Source: Euryarchaeota archaeon UBA62
Lineage (GTDB): Archaea; Thermoplasmatota; Poseidoniia; Poseidoniales; Thalassarchaeaceae
Direction of reading: 5' to 3'
NCBI GenBank assembly: GCA_002502095.1
Contig: DAPJ01000012.1
Coordinates: 5,800 to 69,799, forward strand
DNA: 64,000 nt
Shown: piece after piece, positions 57,205 to 64,000 of the stretch
How the letters are laid out: each line of letters begins with the position of its first letter
Position numbering within the stretch: position 1 is the first letter of the stretch
Translations under genes and position numbers: made by a program
The notes under the pieces: generated by a model
Databases searched by the model: none
What the model saw: only the letters and a program-made list of their open reading frames with translations
What the model was told of the DNA's origin: nothing

Positions 57205-59006
57205 CAAAACATCTCCGTTGGAAATTCCATCACAGACTTATGCCCAGACTGAATCTTTGCTGCCAAGCTTACCGTCTCTGGGAATATTCTCTTGAAGAAG
57301 AATCGTGCACTTCCTAGTTTGGCATCGTAGAAAGGATCGCCTTTCTTCTTAATGGCTGTCTTGGCTATCTTAGCCCACATGTATGCCAATAGTACATTAC
57401 CGAAGTACCTACAATAATCGGTAGCACCCGCGGCTAGGAAATGAGGGTTGGCTTGTCCTTCTGCGATCAACAGTAGTGTCAGCTGTTGGAGACCTCTTAC
57501 TCCTTGGTGAAGAGGCTTGTTAAATTCTGACATTTCAGGTATATCTCGGTTCTCTTCGATAAATTCAGTTAGTGGCCACATGAGATGGCGAAGATTTTTG
57601 CCCATATTCTGTGTAATTTTTCTACCTGCGAGATCCAGTGCCTGAACGCCATTGGTACCCTCCCATATCTTAGATATTCTGACATCACGATAAAATTGTT
57701 CTACTCCATATTCGGTACAGTACCCTGCCCCTCCCATTACCTGCATACAGGTACTAGCAGTCTCACATGCAACATCTGTAAAGTGGGCCTTGACGATAGG
57801 GGTGAACAGTGCAACTAAGGATGAGGCGTATTCCGCCTCCTCTGGGTCATCGCTATGCATTTGGTCGAGGAGGATTCCGGTCCAAGCCGCTAGGGCTCTA
57901 CATCCCTCGTTGTTTACCTTGGACTCGAGAAGCATTCTCCTGACGTCAGGGTGCACGAGGATATTGTCAGCACTCTCGTTAGGGTCTTTAGGGCCTTTTA
58001 GATCCCTGCCCTGACGCCTATCCTTGGCCCAAGCCAAGGAATTTTGATATGCTATTTCAGCTAGTCCAAGTCCCATTATTCCGGTTGCGAGGCGCTCCTG
58101 ATTCATCATCTGAAACATGAGTTTCATGCCTGTGTGTAAGTCCCCTACTCTCCAACCGATACTATTATCGAAGTTCATTACACATGTGGGAGAAGCATGA
58201 ATACCCATCTTTTCTTCACTTCCTGCGCAAGTTACACCGTTGTGATTTTCCATCAGGTCATGAGATGCATTACCTAAATCACCTGACTCCAAGTCTATGG
58301 GTAGATATTTCGGAACTAGGAACATCGTTATCCCTTTGGTTCCTTCAGGTGATCCAGGAGTCTTAGCTAGGACCAAATGTACGATATTCTCAGTCATATC
58401 GTGTTCGCCATATGTTATGAAAATCTTGGTTCCTGTAAGTCGATAAGTGCCATCGTCCTGAGGTATAGCCTTACTGGATATTATACCTAGATCTGTACCA
58501 GCATGCGGTTCTGTTAAGCACATTGTACCGGCCCAGTGACCTTGCGCGAGATGGGTTGAGAAGTAATCAACCAGAGTTTTATCTCCATGCTCATTTAGCA
58601 CATCGTAGACTCCTAGGGTAAGAGCTGGGAGAACGCTCATTGCCATGTTAGTGGATGTGGCTATCTCCCCCCAAATCACAGATTGAAAGAATATTGGAGT
58701 TCCCATGCCTCCATGTTCTGGTTTAGTGGAAGTGGAAAGCCATCCTCCTTCAATGGCCTGATTGTATGCATCTTTGAACTCTTTGGGCATGGTAATTTCG
58801 CCGTTCTCAAACTTCAGACCTACCCTGTCACCGAGCTGGTTAATTGGTAGCCAGACTTCTTTGGCATGATCAGCCCATCCCTCTGCTAACATTGAAAGGA
58901 AATCCTCATCAAAATCGTACCCAAGTCTTTTCATGGTTGGGGTTACATCAAATACCTCGTTAAACAAAAATTCGTAGTCTCTTAGTGGGGCTTCGTATTC
59001 TACCAA
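57204..59006 (-). CDS. Acyl-CoA dehydrogenase (long FadE/DmdC-like type)
   Basis: GTMCLTEPHAGTDLG, GTKIFIT, EEKMGIHASPTC, IWEGTNGVQALDL. Confidence 0.92.
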   Translation of the reverse strand: MVEYEAPLRDYEFLFNEVFDVTPTMKRLGYDFDEDFLSMLAEGWADHAKEVWLPINQLGDRVGLKFENGEITMPKEFKDAYNQAIEGGWLSTSTKPEHGGMGTPIFFQSVIWGEIATSTNMAMSVLPALTLGVYDVLNEHGDKTLVDYFSTHLAQGHWAGTMCLTEPHAGTDLGIISSKAIPQDDGTYRLTGTKIFITYGEHDMTENIVHLVLAKTPGSPEGTKGITMFLVPKYLPIDLESGDLGNASHDLMENHNGVTCAGSEEKMGIHASPTCVMNFDNSIGWRVGDLHTGMKLMFQMMNQERLATGIMGLGLAEIAYQNSLAWAKDRRQGRDLKGPKDPNESADNILVHPDVRRMLLESKVNNEGCRALAAWTGILLDQMHSDDPEEAEYASSLVALFTPIVKAHFTDVACETASTCMQVMGGAGYCTEYGVEQFYRDVRISKIWEGTNGVQALDLAGRKITQNMGKNLRHLMWPLTEFIEENRDIPEMSEFNKPLHQGVRGLQQLTLLLIAEGQANPHFLAAGATDYCRYFGNVLLAYMWAKIAKTAIKKKGDPFYDAKLGSARFFFKRIFPETVSLAAKIQSGHKSVMEFPTEMF

Positions 59007-59015
59007 TTTATCACC

Positions 59016-61355
59016 TCAGTTTCTCAATGGCTTTCCTGTTTCAAGCATATGTTGAACTCTGTCTAAAGTGTCCAAATTCTTTAGGAGATTGGCGAAGGTA
59101 TCCTTTTCCATGGAAAGGATATCGTCCTCTTCTAGGGTCTCTGTTATATCAGAGTCGCCTCCGGTAAGTATCCTAGCCAGTTTTGTCGCTACAACCACAT
59201 CATGAGGCGTGGCTTGTCCTGATAGTGATAAATCGTTCAATGCCAAGCTCAGTGCGGCCATGCCAGTAGGCCCTGGGAGAGCATAGGTTCTTGGTTCCGG
59301 AGGAGTGTAGTCTTCATGAAGTTCCAGTACCTTCGTTTTAGCGTCTGCTAGTAGCCTGTCCCTGTTCATTGTGATCTGATCGCTTGGAGCTAGAAATCCT
59401 AGTGAACTAGCCTGTTCAGCGGACTTGGCAACTTGTGCGGTTCCTATTGTCTCGAACGCTTTCATTGCCGCTCCCATGGGCCCATTGGTAACTAGCCCGT
59501 ATTCTACTAACCTACCTAGGAGTTCCTTGCATCCTCCCCATGCGGGGACGACGCCGACGCCGACCTCAACTAGACCGACATAGGACTCTGCATGGGCTTG
59601 GACTGCATCACAATGCATCAGAACCTCTGCACCACCTCCTAGGCAGAGACCTGCTGAGGCTGCTACAACTGGGACATCACAATACTTCAAAGTTTGATAT
59701 GTGTCTTGACCCAGTGTTATGAAATCTTCAAGATCTTTCCAAGCTCCTAGATTGGCTGCGAATAAGGCCAGACCAAGGTTAGCTCCAGCACAAAAGTTAG
59801 ATGCATCATTTCCAATAACGATACCCTTGAATCCGTCCGACTCAGCAATGTCCACTGCATTGACTAGCATCTCTATGTTCATTGGATCCATGGCGTTCAT
59901 CTTGGTGTGGTATTCAACAAGAAGAACCTCGTCGCCCATATCCCAGATACTGGCAGATCCATTCCTCTTGAGTGGTTTCCCTCTCCTCTTGAGATCGGCA
60001 ACATTGAGAGTCTCCTCTGGGCGTTCTACAACAACCATTTCTCCAGATGAGGAGAGTCTCATTATCTCGCCTTCCTCGATACTGTAAAACGAGCCTTTTT
60101 CTTCGGCTTGAGATAGGAATTTGGGAACCTCTCTTCCTGTCTCTTGGAGTCTCTTTACCATTGAGGGAACACCTATTGAGTCCATCATCTCAAAGGGTCC
60201 TTTTTTCCAGTTATAGCCTACTTTCATGGCTCCGTCAATAGAATAGATATCATCACATACGTCAGGGACGATGAATGCTGCATATGCAAGAGCGTCAAGA
60301 AGCACGTCCGTAACGAATCTCGCTCCATCGTCATCACAGTCCATTAAGGCGGAAAGACCTCTCTTGCCCATCTTTGCAGATGGGAAAGCAGCCCTTCGGT
60401 TCGCTTTACGATATTCTCCTGAAGAAAGATCTCTTGCCTCTTTTACCTTCTTTCCATCATCTCGATTGAGGCGATAGAATCCTCCTTTGCCCTTTCTTCC
60501 GGTATATCCTTCTTCGATCATGGACATTATTATGTCTTCACCGGGCCCTGTTATCTTGTGGAATGGATCTTCTTGATCGAGTCTTGATCGAAGGCTCTCT
60601 CCAACTTTGGGAATAAGATCTATGCCGATCAAGTCCATCAGAGCAAAAACTCCTGTCTTGGGGAGTCCTATCGGTCGCCCAAGCATTGCATCTGCTTGTT
60701 CAACTGACAGGCCGTGTTCAAGTGTTGCCTTAATTGCTCTCTGAACAAAATAAACGCCTAGCCTATTTCCGATGAAGCCGGGTCTGTCATTACACATTGT
60801 TACTCTCTTACCCAGCCTACGGTCCGCGAAGTTACAGAATCGTGATACGACATCATCGTTAACTTCGGAGGAGGTTACGACTTCTAGAAGTGGGAGGTAC
60901 CTTGGAGGATTGAAGAAGTGAGTTATTAGGAATCTGGATGAGATATCCTCGGGGAGCTCCGAAACCAATTCCGATCTAGGGATAGTCGATGTATTGGATG
61001 AGAGTATTGTGCTTGGGCCGATGTAATCTGAGAGTTTCGAATAGAGATTTCTCTTTATTTCCAGATTTTCAATTATCACCTCGACGACCCAATCATAGTC
61101 TTCGAGGAGATGTAAGTCATCCTCAATATTTCCGGGCGTTATTCTCTTTGCATTTCTCTTGTGCATCAGCATTTCTGGATTGGACTTATGCATCATTTGA
61201 ATGGCATTACGTGCCACCGCACTCCTATCTTGATTTTCTTCCGGAACAATATCAAGAAGGAGCACTTCGCAACCAGCGTTTGCGCAGTGAGCAGCTATTC
61301 CTGCTCCCATAACCCCGCTTCCAATGACGGCGACTTTGTCAATCGTTCCTGTCAT
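59016..61355 (-). CDS. 3-hydroxyacyl-CoA dehydrogenase / enoyl-CoA hydratase fusion (FadN-like)
   Basis: IGSGVMG, SSNTS, HFFNPPRY, FCAGANL, GGGAE, GLVEVGVG; start taken at MTGTIDK. Confidence 0.92.
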   Translation of the reverse strand: MTGTIDKVAVIGSGVMGAGIAAHCANAGCEVLLLDIVPEENQDRSAVARNAIQMMHKSNPEMLMHKRNAKRITPGNIEDDLHLLEDYDWVVEVIIENLEIKRNLYSKLSDYIGPSTILSSNTSTIPRSELVSELPEDISSRFLITHFFNPPRYLPLLEVVTSSEVNDDVVSRFCNFADRRLGKRVTMCNDRPGFIGNRLGVYFVQRAIKATLEHGLSVEQADAMLGRPIGLPKTGVFALMDLIGIDLIPKVGESLRSRLDQEDPFHKITGPGEDIIMSMIEEGYTGRKGKGGFYRLNRDDGKKVKEARDLSSGEYRKANRRAAFPSAKMGKRGLSALMDCDDDGARFVTDVLLDALAYAAFIVPDVCDDIYSIDGAMKVGYNWKKGPFEMMDSIGVPSMVKRLQETGREVPKFLSQAEEKGSFYSIEEGEIMRLSSSGEMVVVERPEETLNVADLKRRGKPLKRNGSASIWDMGDEVLLVEYHTKMNAMDPMNIEMLVNAVDIAESDGFKGIVIGNDASNFCAGANLGLALFAANLGAWKDLEDFITLGQDTYQTLKYCDVPVVAASAGLCLGGGAEVLMHCDAVQAHAESYVGLVEVGVGVVPAWGGCKELLGRLVEYGLVTNGPMGAAMKAFETIGTAQVAKSAEQASSLGFLAPSDQITMNRDRLLADAKTKVLELHEDYTPPEPRTYALPGPTGMAALSLALNDLSLSGQATPHDVVVATKLARILTGGDSDITETLEEDDILSMEKDTFANLLKNLDTLDRVQHMLETGKPLRN

Positions 61356-61363
61356 TTTATCAC

Positions 61364-62503
61364 CTAGATTCTTTCTAGAACGGTGGCGATGCCTTGCCCT
61401 CCGCCAACGCACATCGTAGCTAGTGCATGCTTTGCACCATTCTTGCTCATCAGCTGAGCGGCCTTCCCAGTTATTCTGGCTCCACTAGCGCCCAATGGAT
61501 GGCCGAGAGCTATCGCCCCCCCCTCGATGTTGACTTTCTGAGGATCAAGTCCAAGTTCCTCGATTACGGCTAACGACTGTGCTGCGAACGCCTCATTCAA
61601 TTCTACTATGCCGAGTTCCTCTATGGTGAGTCCCGCTCTCGATAGTGCTTTCTTGGTGGCTTCTACCGGCCCTATTCCCATAATTTCAGGAGCGCATCCA
61701 GTAACAGCAGTACTTACTATCCTAGCCAGTGGCTTCAGTCCGTTCTTCTCTGCAAACTCTTCTGAGCATACAAGGACAAAGGCCGCCCCATCAGTAAGAG
61801 GAGATGAAGTGCCGGCGGTCACAGTTCCTTCTGACAGGAAAGCAGGCCGGAGGCCTGCGAGAGTAGTGGCATCTGTACCTGGCCTTATGCATCCGTCTTC
61901 TGAGACAGTACCGGATTCTGTTTCTATGGGAACGATCTCTTCGGATAGTGCCCCACTTTCTGATGCCTTGGAAGCCTTAGATTGGCTCTCGACAGCGAAT
62001 TCTTCCTGACTCTGCCTGCTGATACCGTATTTCACTGCAAGATTCTCGGCTGTGATTCCCATAGAGGTAAATGCTTCCGGATATTCAGAGCCTAGCCTTG
62101 GGTTGGGCATGGGATTATATCCCGTCATTGGGATCCGTGTCATAGACTCGATTCCTCCTGCTATGAATGCGTCTCCCGCGCCCATGGATACTCTGCCCAC
62201 TGCATCATGAATTGCCTGCATCGATGAGCCGCAAAAGCGATTGATGGTAACTCCGGGGACTGTTTCAGGGAGATCCGTCAAGAAGGTTATCATCCTAGCT
62301 ACGTTGAAACCTTGTTCGGCTTCTGGAAATGCCGTACCTACGATTAGATCTTCAATTAACAAGGGGTCTACACCGGTTTCTCTTATTAGTCCGTTAACCA
62401 CTGTTGCGGCTATATCATCAGGTCTCGTTCTGGCTAGGGCACCCCTCTTAGATGGGGTGAAGGGGGATCTAGCGTATCCGGCTATCACTGCGGGCATAAT
62501 CAT
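61364..62503 (-). CDS. fadA: Acetyl-CoA acyltransferase (thiolase)
   Basis: NRFCGSS, NEAFAAQ, GAIALGHPLGASG, MCVGGGQG. Confidence 0.93.
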   Translation of the reverse strand: MIMPAVIAGYARSPFTPSKRGALARTRPDDIAATVVNGLIRETGVDPLLIEDLIVGTAFPEAEQGFNVARMITFLTDLPETVPGVTINRFCGSSMQAIHDAVGRVSMGAGDAFIAGGIESMTRIPMTGYNPMPNPRLGSEYPEAFTSMGITAENLAVKYGISRQSQEEFAVESQSKASKASESGALSEEIVPIETESGTVSEDGCIRPGTDATTLAGLRPAFLSEGTVTAGTSSPLTDGAAFVLVCSEEFAEKNGLKPLARIVSTAVTGCAPEIMGIGPVEATKKALSRAGLTIEELGIVELNEAFAAQSLAVIEELGLDPQKVNIEGGAIALGHPLGASGARITGKAAQLMSKNGAKHALATMCVGGGQGIATVLERI

Positions 62504-62577
62504 CCATGAGCGGCTGGAATAATTAAAACTGCAGGTAATTTTTACTACACCGAGTTTATTTTACTAAACTATGTAAT

Positions 62578-63258
62578 TTAGACTTGACGATCCCAGACTG
62601 AAATATATCTGAGAAGTCCGACATCGTCGTTATCTCGACTTTTGACTTCGAAGTGGATTTGATTTAGGCCTTCGCCGATTGAATGTATGAAGGATTCTGC
62701 TAATGGCCAGGGCGGACCATCTGAATACTCGTTTGAGGATTCGTAACGACCTATGCAGATTAGTTTCCCTCCTGGTGCCAACAGAGGTGCGAGCTTCTTT
62801 GAGGCGGGATTTCTGATTCCCTCGGGTATTGCTTGTAGAATATGGACCTCAACTACTAGATCCCAATGACCCGCCCATTCATCTGGAAGGTTGAGAAGAT
62901 TCTCGACTCTCCAATGGATATTCAGATCACCATAGATCTTTGAAGACCACTCTATTGCTGTTGGAGATATGTCGAAAGCTGTCACATCCCATCCAATTTT
63001 AGCCAGGTGAGCGGCATCCTCTCCAAGTCCGGAGCCGACAACTAGTGCTTTTCCACCGGGAGAGACAGATCTCATCCATTCGATCAAGAATTGATGTGCC
63101 TCCCCGCTTGACCACGGAATCATAGACTCGTTCCCATTAGATGACTCATAGAGATCTTCGAACCAACCTAGTGGATCTTTCCCTGTCTCGGCTTTTCTGG
63201 CCATTGAAAGAATTCTACTTCTGAGCTCTGCGATTTCTTCCTCGCTCAAGGTTCTCAT
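62578..63258 (-). CDS. Class I SAM-dependent methyltransferase (TPMT/TehB-like)
   Basis: ALVVGSGLGEDA, AFDISPTAI, GPPWPL. Confidence 0.85.
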   Translation of the reverse strand: MRTLSEEEIAELRSRILSMARKAETGKDPLGWFEDLYESSNGNESMIPWSSGEAHQFLIEWMRSVSPGGKALVVGSGLGEDAAHLAKIGWDVTAFDISPTAIEWSSKIYGDLNIHWRVENLLNLPDEWAGHWDLVVEVHILQAIPEGIRNPASKKLAPLLAPGGKLICIGRYESSNEYSDGPPWPLAESFIHSIGEGLNQIHFEVKSRDNDDVGLLRYISVWDRQV

Positions 63259-63267
63259 TGTACCATC

Positions 63268-63999
63268 TCACATATGAGAGATTAGAGCATCTCCAAAACC
63301 AGAGCAGGAGAGTAGCGTTGCACCTTCCATGAGTCTCTCGAAATCATAGGTCACTGTTCCAGCTGAAATAGCCCCTTCCATACCTTTGATAATCAAATCA
63401 GCGGCTTCTCCCCAACCCATGTGTCGAAGCATCATCTCAGCCGAGAGGATTAGGCTTCCGGGGTTTACCTTGTCCTGACCTGTATACTTGGGCGCAGTAC
63501 CGTGAGTAGCCTCAAAAATTGCTATTCCAGTATCATAGTTTATATTCGCGCCCGGGGCTATTCCGATACCCCCAACCTGTGCGGCGAGAGCATCGGAGAT
63601 GTAGTCCCCATTCAGATTCATGGTAGCGAGGACGCCGTACTCCCTGGGCCGTGTGAGAACCTGTTGTAGCATTGCATCCGCAATAACATCCTTGATGGTA
63701 ATGGTCCTGCCTGTTTTTGGATTCTCTAGAGAGCACCATGGCCCTCCATCTAGTAACTCGGCGCCGAACTCGTCACGAGCTAGCTGATACCCCCAATCTC
63801 TGAAGCCCCCCTCTGTAAACTTCATGATGTTCCCCTTGTGGACCAGAGTCACAGAGTCTTTGTCGTTTTCAATAGCGTACCTGATGGCAGCGCGGACTAT
63901 CCTACTAGTTCCCTCTGAGCTAATAGGCTTGATTCCTATTCCTGAGGTTTCTGGAAATCTAATCTTTTCAACGCCCATCTCATCCTGAAGAAATCGAAT
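63268..63999 (-). CDS. icd: NADP-dependent isocitrate dehydrogenase, C-terminal part (5' end outside window)
   Basis: [42 protein letters not shown]. Confidence 0.95.
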   Translation of the reverse strand: MRFLQDEMGVEKIRFPETSGIGIKPISSEGTSRIVRAAIRYAIENDKDSVTLVHKGNIMKFTEGGFRDWGYQLARDEFGAELLDGGPWCSLENPKTGRTITIKDVIADAMLQQVLTRPREYGVLATMNLNGDYISDALAAQVGGIGIAPGANINYDTGIAIFEATHGTAPKYTGQDKVNPGSLILSAEMMLRHMGWGEAADLIIKGMEGAISAGTVTYDFERLMEGATLLSCSGFGDALISHM

Positions 64000-64000
64000 T

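Noticed and set aside
1-64000. Provirus, IS element, rRNA or tRNA genes
   Set aside because: No integrase, transposase, capsid, rRNA or tRNA signatures recognised

Overview
This 64-kb window is a gene-dense piece of an archaeal chromosome. Gene content points to Marine Group II / Ca. Poseidoniales (Thermoplasmatota): archaeal core genes (rps13-rps4-rps11-rpoD, PolD DP2, PriL, Pcc1, pantoate kinase, phosphopantothenate synthetase) sit among bacterial-type metabolic genes (aceE, metK, grxD-bolA, fumC, icd, a beta-oxidation operon). I found no rRNA, tRNA, CRISPR array, integrase or transposase. The standout is a ~640-nt non-coding island at ~30.32-30.96 kb with its own BRE/TATA promoter and poly-T terminator. 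It contains several GNRA and UUCG hairpins, an E-loop (AGUA/GAA) motif, a closing helix and an internally duplicated module. It does not look like RNase P or SRP RNA, but parts resemble group IIC intron domain I, so it is a candidate undescribed large structured RNA. Other leads are an RHH-fumarase fusion, a DNA-methyltransferase-like protein with degenerate catalytic motifs, a 1122-aa helical protein with a C-terminal PIN domain, a CDIN1/C15orf41-like nuclease, a hybrid LeuRS, an unannotated cationic 35-aa ORF after aceE, and a DtxR-type box before a ferritin-like gene. All family calls come from motif recognition by eye; no searches were run.
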